Positions 14,505 through 26,090 of a stretch of 64,000 bases of DNA are shown here, in pieces. Below the pieces are notes generated by a model. It was not told where the DNA came from. It saw nothing but the letters and a program-made list of their open reading frames with translations, and ran no database searches. A program made the position numbers and the translations under genes. Numbering within the stretch: position 1 is the stretch's first letter; each line of letters starts with the position of its first letter. Source of the stretch: the human T2T-CHM13v2.0 reference genome, Homo sapiens; NCBI RefSeq assembly GCF_009914755.1, contig NC_060925.1; one strand, 5' to 3'.

Positions 14505-14735
14505 AATATGGTACAATGTAAAGTGCATGGTACAGTACATAGTCTTTGTCACATGGAACTGGGCTTGAATCCAGCTTTTTTCACAAGTGATTGCTCATCT
14601 GTTCCTTGTCATCTTTGAGGAAACTGAGGCTCTGTGACGCCTGGCAAGTTCATTAACCTCACTGAGCCTCAGTTGCCTTCCCCAAGATGATAATGAACAG
14701 ATGAGCTAATAGTTGTTAAAGAAGCATTTGGTAAG
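14505..14735 (+). mobile_element. MIR SINE containing an internal inverted duplication
   Basis: ctgggcttgaatccagc...ggcaagttcattaacctcactgagcctcagtt core; see the finding at 14593-14706. Confidence 0.7.
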
Positions 14736-14789
14736 CTGCATATTTTTCATATGAGAGTGTTAAGAGTAAGTCAAAAAAGATTTACTTAG

Positions 14790-15030
14790 TATTTTATTGT
14801 TATTTTTCAAGTCCTTACCTTTCATAAACGCATATTGAAATATTTATGGAATAAATAATACAATGCGTGGGATTCTCTTCAAAATAATACAGCGGGAGAG
14901 GGGTTAGAAGAAATGAGTAGTGATAAAATGAAAAGTCATTGGCCATGAGTTAACATTATTGCAGCTGGATTATGGGTACATGAGGTAAATTATACTATTT
15001 CTGTTTACTTATGCATGCGGAATAAAAAGT
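14790..15030 (+). mobile_element. Old L1 (L1MC/ME-type) 3' end
   Basis: catattgaaatatttatgg...gggattctcttcaaaataatac...ttggccatgagtt...tgggtacatgagg...aataaaaag. Confidence 0.7.
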
Positions 15031-15218
15031 GAAAAAACAAAACAAAATAAAACCAATCTATTGAATATCACCCTGGATGCAATTGGAGCTTTATTCTGGC
15101 CCTTTCTCCATTTATCTCCTGAAATTTACTGTTTGCTCCATTTATTTTAAACTTTTCTGTTAACTATATAAACCAAAAATCATAATGGTGTGGCAATAAT
15201 ATTAATAATAATTAATAA

Positions 15219-15500
15219 GAGCAATAGCTTCTGCCTATTTAATACTTGTTCTGTGCCTGCCCCAGTGCAAAGTAATTTACTTTCATATTTCAGTTGAGCA
15301 ATAGCTTCTACTTATTTAATACTTGTTCTGTGCCTGCCCCAGTGCAAAGTAATTTACTTTCATATTTCATTTGACCTTCACAAGAATTCTATGAAGTAGG
15401 TACTACTACTTATTTTACAGATGAGGAAACTGAGAGTCAGGAGGATTAAGTAGCCTGACCAGAGTCTACAGAAAGTATTATGTTCAGATCTTCTACCTTT
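15219..15500 (-). mobile_element. MIR SINE with a 77-bp tandem duplication
   Basis: ttttacagatgaggaaactgagagtcag core; duplicated unit at 15219-15295 and 15296-15372. Confidence 0.8.
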
Positions 15501-16150
15501 CCTGTGTCCTAGACTATGCTTTATACTCTGAGAAGACGTCATGCTACAGTAGGCTACTATCTAGCTGGAGAAGAAGGAAGTGTTGAAAAAGCCAAGGAAA
15601 TGGCCCTAAGTTTTCTCTGTTATCATATACCAAATCTGAAGAATAGACATTACATGTCCTCCTTATACATGCTGTATTGTGCAAGGCCAGAAGGACACAC
15701 AACTTTCCTCTCGTGAGCTTACATCCAAACAAGAGAACACAAATGTCAACAGATGTAGTGAGGCATTTATTTTTTGAAGTAAGAAGGAAAAAGGATGTAA
15801 CAACAATAAAACAAGCAGAAGGAAAGAAAGAAAAAACATTGATTGAGCACCAATAGTACTTGGTACTTGACATATGCAATATATTGCTATTGACAACCAC
15901 AAGTCCTTCAGAGAAAGGTGGATCTTGCTAAGTAAACAGACTTTTTGTTCTGCTGAGCACCTCAAAGGTGGGCCTTGAAGAGAATGTGGGCTAGGACCCG
16001 AGAGAGTTGAATGTTCTACAGAATATAGGGAGAATTTAGAATTTAGAAAGAAAGGATAATCTGAGAGGAGAAAAAAAGGAAACCTTCAGAAGGGTAAAGC
16101 TTGGAATACCATGAGGGATAATGTAGAGAATGAAAACAATTTCCTGGTGG

Positions 16151-16841
16151 TGTGTCTGGAATTGGTTCCTTCCGGTGGGTTCTTGGTCTCGCTGACTTCA
16201 AGAATGAAGCCACGGACCCTTGCAGTGAGTGTTACAGTTCTTAAAGATGGTGTGTCCAGAGTTTGTTCCTTCAGATGTTCAGATGTGTCCGGAGTTTCTT
16301 CCTTCCGGTGGGTTCGTGGTCTCAGTTGACTTCAGGAGTGAAGTCACAGACCTTCGCAGTGAATGTTACAGCTCATAAAGGTGGTGAGGACCCAAAGAGT
16401 GAGGAGCAGCAAGGTTTATTGTGAAGAACAAAAGAAGAAAGTTTCCACGGCGCAGAATGGGACCTGAGCAGGTTGCTGCTGCTGGCTGGGTGGCCAGCTT
16501 TTATTCCCTTATTTGGCCCCGCCCACATCCTGCTAATTGGTCCATTTTACAGAGTGCTGATTGGTCCGTTTTTACAGAGTGCTGATTGGTGCATTTACAA
16601 ACCTTTAGCTAGACACAGTGCTGATTGGTGCATTTTTACAGAGTGCTGACTGGTGAGTTTACAAACCTTTAGCTACACACAGAGTGCTGATTGGTGCGTT
16701 TTTACAGAGTGCTGATTGGTGCATTTACAAACCTTTAGCTAGACACAGAGCACTGATTGGTGTGTTTATAATCCTTTAGCTAGACAGAAAAGTTCTCGAA
16801 GTCCCCACCCCACCCAGGAGCCCAGCTGGCTTCACCCCTCA
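16151..16841 (-). mobile_element. LTR12 (HERV9) solo LTR
   Basis: Reverse complement starts TGAGGGGTGAAGCCAGCTGGG and ends ...CCAGACACA; U3 tandem CCAATCAG repeats; 4-bp TSD GTGG at 16147-16150 and 16842-16845. Confidence 0.95.
16497..16760 (-). promoter_or_regulatory. LTR12 U3 promoter: CCAAT (NF-Y) array, GC box, AATAAA TATA-like element
   Basis: CTGATTGG at 16557, 16582, 16621, 16687, 16712 and 16753, plus CTAATTGG at 16533; CCCCGCCC at 16517; gcttttattc at 16497. Activity is not shown by sequence alone. Confidence 0.65.
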
Positions 16842-17839
16842 GTGGCACATTGGCTAATGAACTATTTTTAGTTACTAACTTTTTTTCCACATAAAAAATA
16901 TCAGGAAGCTTGCTTGTAAACAACTTGGGGACCACACTATAAGTGTTCAGTTAATGTTTTGTTTTATTTTTCTTTCTAGTTCCACAGATTCATAGTGGGC
17001 AAAAGGGGAAAATATTGAATTTCACACTAGTCATGTGACTACAAAACTAGATATTCCAAAAAGATTCCAGATGGCTAAGCTTGGGTTCCATTGTAGCATT
17101 TCTAATAAAACTGAGAATGCCACAGGGACGTGAAGGAAGAGGAGAAAGTGACCAGAGATTCACAGAAAATACTGACCTGATGTTTTGGATTGGTTGTGAA
17201 TAATAGCAGCAGAGGTCTAGCCAGCTGACTAGAACTGAAGTGGCTCAGTGACTCTCCTGCCTGGAGTTTACTTGGCAAGGAGGTTTCTGAATCTTCCATC
17301 CAGATCCTTCTCAATTCTAAGATGCAGATTCAGATTATTAAGATGCAAAAATATTATTCTGTTTAGGGCAACACTCTACCATCAGGTCAGTAGTAAAAGT
17401 ATTTTGAGTTTCCCCAGAATAAGCAAAACCTACGGTGCCCCATTCGTTGGACTAGGCCATTTTGTGCATCCAAAGAGACTGAGGCAGAGCCAATCTGGTT
17501 CACTTTAAGCAGGAAGCAGTTGCATTATTCCTCATCCATGGCCTTAGCAATTTGCTCTCAGTTGGCCACTATAAGATCATTTCCTATCACCTGGATATTT
17601 GTATTTACAGGGAGTTTATTTTTTCCCAAATTTGCCAGCCATTCTGGCCAAAGAAATTTTTATAATACAGCACTGAGTAGTTCTTGATGAGCTACCACAG
17701 GCTGATGTATCTGCTGGGATAAATAGGAGAGTTAAATTACAAATTATATGTTCCAGACTGGAAGAACTTAGAATTCATTCCAGTGAAAATCTTTCCAATA
17801 GTGTTCTATAGCAATTCTGTGGATTCTTTATACTCTAGC

Positions 17840-17923
17840 TAGAAGAGACCAAACTGTTCCTTTAAAGAGCCAGATGATAAATATTTTTTACTTTGTGGGT
17901 TATACAGTGTCCATAACAGCTCA
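17840..17923. mobile_element. MER58-like hAT MITE fragment
   Basis: caaactgttcctttaaagagccagatgataaatattttttactttgtggg. Confidence 0.55.
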
Positions 17924-18279
17924 GTCTCTGAAAAGGCTTTTCAAATATAAAAATTTACATCAATAGTTAGGCTCCCATAAGAATGAAAGGTCTGTCTGGC
18001 AATGATCCTGAGAACACGCTTAGTGAATTTCTGGCCTATGTTCTTGGTACTCAGGAAGGAGGCAGAGGATGCTATAAATAATATATGTGTAGTATTAATA
18101 ATGCCAGTTAAAGAATTTTTAAGAAGAGATAGGTCTAATATTCAATTTGAAATTTTCTATGCTATAATATAAATCTACCCTTATTTCTTCAAATACTAAA
18201 ATCAGCTGCATATTCAAATGTCTGTGTGAGTGAAGTTTGAGGGAAAATTGACTTAGTTCAGGTTCTCATCTTTTCTTCT

Positions 18280-19238
18280 GTTACTACCTTACTCATCTCC
18301 CTGCCACTACTTCTATCTGTCTCCAATGTATTCTCCCTACATGATTTTTTAAAAAATAAGAACCTTATCTTATCACTCTTCTGCTTTAAATCCTCACTAG
18401 CTGCCCTTGGGTTTCAGGAAAAGTCCAAACTCTTCAGTATGATATTTAAAATCCCTTATTAACTCTACAGCCTTATGCTCTGCTACTTCTCTCTCTCTTC
18501 ACAGGCTATACTCCTGACACAGTAAAGTATTTGCAGTTCTTTGAATATATTTTTTTTTTTTTTTTGAGACAGAGTCTCTGTCACCCAGGCTGGAATGAAG
18601 CAGCCTAATCAGGGCTTACTACAGCCTTAACCTCCTGGGCTCAAGCGATCCTCCTACCTCAGTCCCCAAAGTAGCTGGGACTACAGGCAAGCATCACCAT
18701 GCCTGGCTAATGTTTTTGTATTTTTTGTAAAGATGAGGTTTCACCATGCTGCCCAGGCTGGTCTCAAACTCAAACTCCTGAGCTCAAGCAATCCACCTGC
18801 CTCGGCCTCCAAAAGTGCTGGGATTACAGGCGTGAGACACCATGCCCGGCCACATATACCATTTCCTTGTTCACCTCAGATACTTCTCAAATGGAGCTCC
18901 ATCTGCTTGAAATGCCCTTCCTATTAGTCTTTGCCTGTGTAATTGCTATCTTTCAGACATAGGTCTTATGTCACCTGTCCCAGGCTCCCTTCTCTGATTC
19001 CCAAGTCCACACAATCTAGCTTGGGTGTTTTGTTTGACTTTAGAAAAATACCCGGTACTTATTTCTGCATGTTGTACTGTATTATCATTGATTTTTTCTT
19101 TTCCCTAGCTCACCCATGTGAATTCCTTGAGCATGAGAAGGAAATTTTCTTTGCTTCTGTATCAGCAGACCCTAGTATGGGCCTGGTACAGAGTAAGTGC
19201 ACAGTATATAATTTTGAATAAACAAATTAAATTAATAA
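18280..19238 (+). mobile_element. L2 3' portion split by an AluJ
   Basis: tcactcttctgctttaaatcctcactagctgccc...aagtccaaactc; terminal cctggtacagagtaagtgcacagtatataattttgaataaa. Confidence 0.7.
18550..18851 (-). mobile_element. AluJ SINE
   Basis: Poly-T, then gagacagagtctc...ctcctgggctcaagcgatcctcc...gcccggcc; J-type diagnostics. Confidence 0.92.
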
Positions 19239-19324
19239 TAGTTACTTTAGGTAGGAAACAGACACCATCTCAAACTCTGAAAGAGCAGAGTTAGAATATG
19301 TCTAAAGGTATAGAAGTAAACATA

Positions 19325-19935
19325 CTTTAAATTGCATTAAATTATAACGTAGATACAGAAAAGTACGTGTATCATAAGTATAAACTTAATTAATTATTTT
19401 CATAATCTGAACACATCTGTGAAACTAGCACTCAGATCCAAAGCCAGAATATAACCAGTACCCTACAAATTCTCTACTTATGCTCCCTTCCCATTGCTAG
19501 CCATAGCAAGGATAACCAATGCCCTCACTTCTAATGCCTGGCTTAGTTTTGCATGCTTTTACACAACATGCAAATATAATCATACAGTTGATACTCTTTT
19601 ATGTTGGCTCTTTACACTCAATATTATGTTTGTGAAATGTATCTATATTGTTGCACATAGGTGTAGATCACTAATTCTCATGGCTGCATAGCATGCCAAT
19701 GTGTAAATATAACATAATTTATTTATCCGTTGTATTGCTGATGGACATTGAGGTAGTTTTCAGCATGGACATATAATAAATAGTGCTGCTATGGGCATGT
19801 GTTTTGGTAAACATTAATATACATTTCTGTTGAGTATATACTACTAGGAGTGTAATTTCTGGGTCAGAGGGTATACATATATTCAGCTTTAGAAGACACT
19901 GCCAAATAGTTTTCTGAGGTAATTGCACCAATGCA
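19325..19935 (-). mobile_element. Old L1M 3' end with ORF2 C-terminus
   Basis: ORF 19719-19931 (IWQCLLKLNICIPSDPEITLL) resembles the L1 ORF2 C-terminus; L1M-type 3' UTR. Confidence 0.8.
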
Positions 19936-20544
19936 GAACTTCTTTTAATTCATGAGATATGTTAAGTTCATAAAAAAACTCCATGTAAATATAAAGTACT
20001 ATTATTAACTCAATGCCTCATTTGCAGAAGATCATCTTGTTCCACAGCAATTAAAAATAACATCTTTGATTAGATGAAATCAAATATCTACTGGGAACTG
20101 TATTTATAATCTAGATGTGTCACACTCTTTTCTCTAATCAAAATTAAGTTTAGACATGTCTTCAAATGTGTCAGTGGAAAGACAAACGCTGGTGTCCTGT
20201 TTTTTTAAAAGCATATTAGGTCATATATGTTTGGTATCCAGTCAAGACTTTCTTTAACAATGTCCCGGTTTATCAAGTGATTGAGAAGGACACCAGCAAA
20301 TCCAGCATTTTGTACATCTCCATTGTACATTTTGCTGTAATCATGTATTTTTTTAAAAAAATATGACCCACTAATTCCTAGAATTTATTTCAACATAAAC
20401 ATTCCGTGGAGAAATGATTCACTTCTTTGCATTAATTATTTTAAACTTTACATCTGCTATTAAACTTATAATAGTACAGAAAAAATGCTTGAAAAAAGAG
20501 AAAATATGTAGGATAAAGAATAAGATAAAAATCACTGGTAATAC

Positions 20545-21177
20545 TGTGGCAGGCCAGGTCTCACTAATACAGGCCTCCATAACAACTGTTTCAGTACTGA
20601 CTGAGTGGTTAAGTTAAATATTAAGACCTAAAAAACAGCTATTGCCCTTGTACAAAGTCTGGGATGTAACAAAAGCCCACCAATAATTTTTCCTAGGCCT
20701 TTCCTGGGCCTTAAAGCATGACAAAATAATGAAGGAATTTTTTATATGACCCATTTAGGATTAAACAAGTTTATTGAGGGTCTGAAGGAACTCCATAACC
20801 CTCCGTGATTTAGCAGGAGACAAGATAAGGGTAATCACCCCAGCACCTGGACCTATTTACATTAAGTAAATTTACTGAGGCTCCAGAGGAAGGTCTTCAG
20901 GACTCAGACCTTAATTATAGATTAAAAGAAGTTAATTACTAATGTCTTTAGATGAATGCACACTTACACGTAGACATATAGCTTAGCAGGTATATAAGCT
21001 CTGGAAAACTTTGTAATTTTGAGTTGGTCTGGCGATAATTTCCAGGCCTTCTTCTTGGAATTTCCAATTCCAACTGGTTGCAGGAATAAAAACTCTCTTC
21101 CTCCCCATCTCTTCCTCTGCATCTTGTTATTGGGCCACAAGAAATAACAGCCCAACCCTCAGTTTGGTCCAGGGACA
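20545..21177 (+). mobile_element. ERV1 solo LTR, MER39-like (MER4 group)
   Basis: TG...CA termini, start TGTGGCAGGCCAGGTCTCACTAA, TATA-like tatataag and AATAAA; 4-bp TSD ATAC at 20541-20544 and 21178-21181. Confidence 0.85.
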
Positions 21178-21407
21178 ATACTACTGCATATAGAACTTTT
21201 AAACTACAATACATATTCCTTCATATTTTTCCTATGTATTCTTGCATATATGTATGTGTTTTTATAAAATAGAATCATATTATTTTTATAAAATAGAATC
21301 ATACTATACATCTATTTTACATGGTTTTACTTTTTATATTATATAAATCTCTCCATATCAATTTACATCAAACTTTAAAGCTCAAACAAAATGGCATATT
21401 AGCAAGT

Positions 21408-22237
21408 TGTTACATTGTGAAACATGAATTTGTTCTTTCTCCCTGTTTATTGACATACAGCTACTAAAATCCTTGTAATCTCAAAAGTTGTAAGTGTCTT
21501 TTGTATGTTAATGATTGATGGTCTAGAGCACTTGGATAGCTTTAGGATTGGGGCTGGTCACTGAACATACCAAAGAGGCATGATTAAAGGGTTGGGACAT
21601 TCAGTTGCAGTCCCCAACCTTCAGGGAGAGGAGAGGAGCAGAAAGCTAAACTGATAATCTAATGGCCAATGATTTAATCAATCATGCCTACATAATGAAG
21701 CCTCCAAAAAACCCAAAGGGACTTGGTTCTAGGGCTGACCAAGTGGAGGTTCCTGGAGGGTGGTACACCTGGAGACGTCATGGAAGCTCTGTGCCTTTTC
21801 TCCCACACCTTGCCCTATGCATCTCTTTTCATCTGTATACTTTATAATATCCTTTATAACAAACTGGTAAAGGAAAGTGTTTTCCCAAGTTTTGTGAGCC
21901 ACTCTAGGAAATTAACCAAACCCAAAGAGAGGGTCATCATGGGAATCCCAATTTGTAGCCAATCAGAAGCATAGGTAAAATGACCTTGGCTTGTGACTGG
22001 CGTAGGAAGTGGGGGCAGTCTTGTGGGACTGAACTCTCAATCTGTGGTATCTGACACTATCTCTGATACTGTAGTGTCATAATTGAATTGAATTAGAGGA
22101 CACCCAACTGGTGTCCACTACAGAACTGATTGCTTGCTTGGTGTGTGGGGAAATACATATTTGGTCACAGAAGTGTTCTGTGATGATTGTTGAGTGAGAG
22201 AATAGGAACACACTTTAGTTTTTTCCTATGTTTCTCA
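21408..22237 (+). mobile_element. MER21-family solo LTR
   Basis: ggccaatgatttaatcaatcatgcctacataatgaagcctcc motif, TG...CA ends, 5-bp TSD CAAGT at 21403-21407 and 22238-22242. Confidence 0.87.
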
Positions 22238-22839
22238 CAAGTAGTTATCATTTTAAGCAATAGATAAATACCCATTTTTCCACAAATATTATGAAAGCAT
22301 ATAATAAATACAGCACAGGTTAGATTCTATGGGTATTGGTATATGTCACTGGAAGGATAATTTTAATGACAAAATAAGCCGGATTTGAATCTTGATTCTA
22401 CCTTTTTAGTAGTTGTATTGCTTGCAGCCAGTTATTTGGTATATTGAAGCCTAAGTTTACTTGTCAAAAAGTGATAAAATAGACTTCACATATTTGTCAT
22501 GAGGATTGGGTTAAATATATAGAGAAATGCTTGACATGGTGCCTGGGACATAAAAGATGTTCAGTAAATTTGCTTGAATCTGAATCTGTGGGAAGCACAA
22601 AAAATTACAAGAAATTGCCACTGTCCTTCAGAAACTTATAATCCAACATCAGAGTTAGGGTGGTCAATAAAAGTCAGTAAGAGGAAGAAATAAATTTTCA
22701 TTGATTAAATGCCTATTGTGTGAGGATCGTGCTATACACTTTCATTTTTAACATGAGAGACATCTCTGCCCTGGAACAAGATGCTCCAATCCCTGTAGCA
22801 TATACTTGGGAGAAACTTCCTTCTGACAGGACACTGCTG

Positions 22840-23050
22840 AGAAGATTGCTGGATTGGTGGAGCAAAGGTCTTTGAAGCCTTAATGGGGAGAGGTAGTAGA
22901 AACAGAAATAAGAAGATCTGTCCTTTTATCAATCTGGATTGATAAGAAATCAATCCAGCAATAAGAAGATTGCTGGATTGGTGGAGCAAAGGTCTTTGAA
23001 GCCTTAATGGGGAGAGGTAGTAGAAACAGAAATAAGAAAATCTGTCCTTT
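22840..23050. repeat. 87-bp direct duplication with a 37-nt templated spacer
   Basis: 22840-22926 vs 22964-23050, one mismatch. Confidence 0.95.
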
Positions 23051-23355
23051 CAACTGTTACCTATTTTGCAGAAGGTACAGATATGAATTCTACTTTTAGT
23101 AAATATTATACTTTTGTTCTGGGACAAAAAAGCCACTCAAATGGGCCTTTTGGTTAGGCAAAAGTAAAGCAAAGAACCACCTCTGACTTGAAAATGTTTG
23201 AGAGATTAAGGCTAGATTGAGAGAAACTGCTCTGCATAAAAACATGAAAGGTTATTCATGTCGTAGGTACAGATATATCTCAGAAGGCTGTTTATTTGGA
23301 GAAATGACTTGAAAGGATTTGGGGTTGCTATTCCAGCAAATTGCTATCTGTTCTT

Positions 23356-23441
23356 GTGGTGGTGGTGGTGGTAGTGGTGGTAGTGGTGGTGGTGGTGGTG
23401 GTGGTGCTGGTGGTGGTGGTGGTGGTGGTGGTGTGTGTGTG
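23356..23441. repeat. Interrupted (TGG)n of about 25 units, followed by a short (TG)n
   Basis: Read directly from the sequence. Confidence 0.95.
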
Positions 23442-24474
23442 ACTATATGGTAGCTTACAGAAAAAGTGTTTTGGGATAGGGGTTATAGAAAATGAGGGAC
23501 AAAGAGTGTCACTTCAGATGTCCCAAGAACAAAATGAGGCACAAAGGTGATGGGAAGTTATTCTGTCCTCTGCAAAAGGGATTCCCATCTCACTCTGGCA
23601 TTCCCAAGTATTGGAGGTCTCGAGGGCCCACAGAGACAGCACCCTTGCAATGACATTGGCACAAGTTCTTCTTTCCACCTGGAAGTCTCTCTTTCTCTCA
23701 GATTAGCTGTCTCCTTCTCATCCTTCAGCCTTCTTTTTATATGATTAACCTTAGAAAATGCCTTTCCTGAGTACTTCCTATTATTACATCTTACCGAACC
23801 TTATATTCTTTTGCTTCAGAGCACATATAACAGTTTGTTGTTACATATTTATTTGAGCATTCATTTACTTAATGTATGTCTTTTCAATATGCTCCATGGT
23901 ACCAGAATTACGTCTGATTGTTCATCAAATCAGTGCTTAGAATTTTAATTTGCAATTAAGAATATTTATTGAATAAATGCATGCATCTAATCCAATATGG
24001 AGCATAAAAATAATTTCCTTGTTATTATGTTTATTGTCCCTCTCCTCTAACCAGTAGATAAGAGCTGTAAGAGCAGAGATTTATATTTTTTTCCATGGAT
24101 GTATTCCCAGCATCCAGTATAGTGTGTGATGCAATAACTATTTGTTAAGTAAATAAATGAATGAATGGGTATCATGGCCACAGTGGTGATGATTAGGCTC
24201 CTTCAAGTACTTTGTTGGTCAGAGAACATGTGCTTGTGGGAATTGGATACCAAGAAGAGAAACATGTCAGAAGTCACATAGGATCTGTAGCTGACAGTCT
24301 GGTTTGAAAGCACATGTGAGACACACTCTTAAGGACTTCTGAAAATATCATAGGGTGCTTTCTAGGGAGAACTCAGAGTTCTATACAGGGCAAGAACAAA
24401 AACTCTGGGTTATCTGTGTTACTTTGAATAGATTCCTATCAAGTAACTGGGAAGGTTTGGTAGCTTGGGCTTAT

Positions 24475-24630
24475 TCTTAAAGGTAGATATTATTTTCATT
24501 TTTAAATGAAGAAAATAGAGCTTAGTTAGATTAATTAAGTTCCCCCAATTCACCACACATCTAGTAAGTAGGGAGCTGAGATGTGAACTCTATCTTGTCT
24601 ATCTCCAAAGCCCATGCTTTTTCTATTATG
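24475..24630 (-). mobile_element. MIR fragment (copy 1 of a local duplicate)
   Basis: Antisense MIR core; about 90% identical to 25964-26090. Confidence 0.75.
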
Positions 24631-24964
24631 CTCTTCTACATTTGTAAGATAAAGCTATATGGACTAAATATGTCAAAGGTGCTGGATCTATAAAACATGC
24701 TAATGATGTTTGTGAGAGGGTGAGATTCATTCTGACCGATATGATTAGAGAGGAGTTTCTGGTGGATATGAAATTTGAGCTGAACAATAAGGATCAAGGA
24801 TTGCAACAGATAAAAACAGAGAGAGGGGAAGTGTAGAAGAGGTAGCAGTGGATTAGAGGAAGTACAGTGAGGTATCAGAAGATGAGCAAGGATACAGTAT
24901 AGGAAAAATGCATGAGTTTGAAAGAGAGTGGTCATCTAGAAGTCGGTAAGTATAACAGTGAGTG

Positions 24965-25680
24965 TTTCCTCAGAACTTTAGGACAAAAGAGAAATGAAAT
25001 ATCAAGATTAAATAAAAATATCTTAAATGCGAACTCACAGAAAAACATATTGCTCACATATGATTATAATTAGGTCAACAGCAGTACTCTCAAAAGCAAT
25101 AATAGATTCCAGAAAACAATGCTACAAAATAAGAAGAGAAAATTTCTGCCAGTTTAGAATACTCACCTAAAGAATTAGAGGCACATAATATTTTTCAGAC
25201 ACAAAATAATCAAGAGAATTTATCATCCATATATCCTCATTGAAAGTACTAATAAAGGATTTACTTTCACACAAATAAAATTCAAGCTAGAAAGAAAGAT
25301 TGGGAATGCAAGAACAAAGGGAAGAGAAAAAAAGTGTAACATATGTTAGCAAATCTATCTTTTGCCAATAAAAATAATACTTGTTCTGTATTTTTAAAAA
25401 TATTTCACAGAAATTCTTAGGAAAGGAAGGGGGTGTAGTTCCGACGACAGCTTATTTAGACAGGCTAAGATTCCTACCTTGTTCCCAGGAAGAGAATAAA
25501 CGTATTCAACAATTTTAGACTTTGTTATAAAAAACAAGTGGTTAAGAATATATGTTAAAAATCTTAAATTACAATTACAAGATTATAAATAGAAACTGTG
25601 AATTCCACAACAGGAGCAGAAAAAAAATTATTAATCCAACCTAATGCAGTAACAAAATAAAAAAGTGTGGTAAACCTCTT
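24965..25680 (+). mobile_element. Ancient L1ME/HAL1-like ORF1 region
   Basis: A-rich degenerate ORF1-like sequence (tagattccagaaaacaatg...tttagaatactc...atttttcagacacaaaa). Family uncertain. Confidence 0.45.
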
Positions 25681-25963
25681 ACTCTTCTTTTCATTCTGAA
25701 CAATTCAGGCCAAAAGCCATTAGGTGGAGCAGTACAAGGTATAGAATTCCACGGTGGTGGGGAGCATCATGGGCCCAGGGTTGGGTATCAGAGTCTGAGA
25801 AAGATGAGGAAGTTCATGGGAGAGTTGGAGTTGAGGACAGCCCGGGTCAGAGAAGTATCTACCCTGCTTTTTTCCATTATCTTGATCCACTAGAAGAAGC
25901 TATCAACCTTATTACTTTGGAATAAAGGATTGGCTTTCTGGTATTACACAGAAATAATATGTA

Positions 25964-26090
25964 TCTTCAAGGTAGGTATTATTCTCATTTTAAATCAAGA
26001 AAATAGAGCTTAGTTAGATTAATTAAGTCTCCCCAAATCACCAAACATCTAGTAAATGGGGAGCTGAGATGTGAACTCTGTCTTGTATAT
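25964..26090 (-). repeat. MIR fragment (copy 2 of a local duplicate)
   Basis: Shares a 32-nt exact run, aagaaaatagagcttagttagattaattaagt, with copy 1. Confidence 0.85.

Noticed and set aside
16530-16790. Regularly spaced repeats resembling a CRISPR array
   Set aside because: These are the LTR12 U3 tandem repeats; the spacers are not unique, the context is eukaryotic and there are no cas genes.
16955-17391. Strong polypyrimidine acceptor (16979) with a possible donor at 17386
   Set aside because: No partner exons or coding signal; cannot be supported without RNA data.
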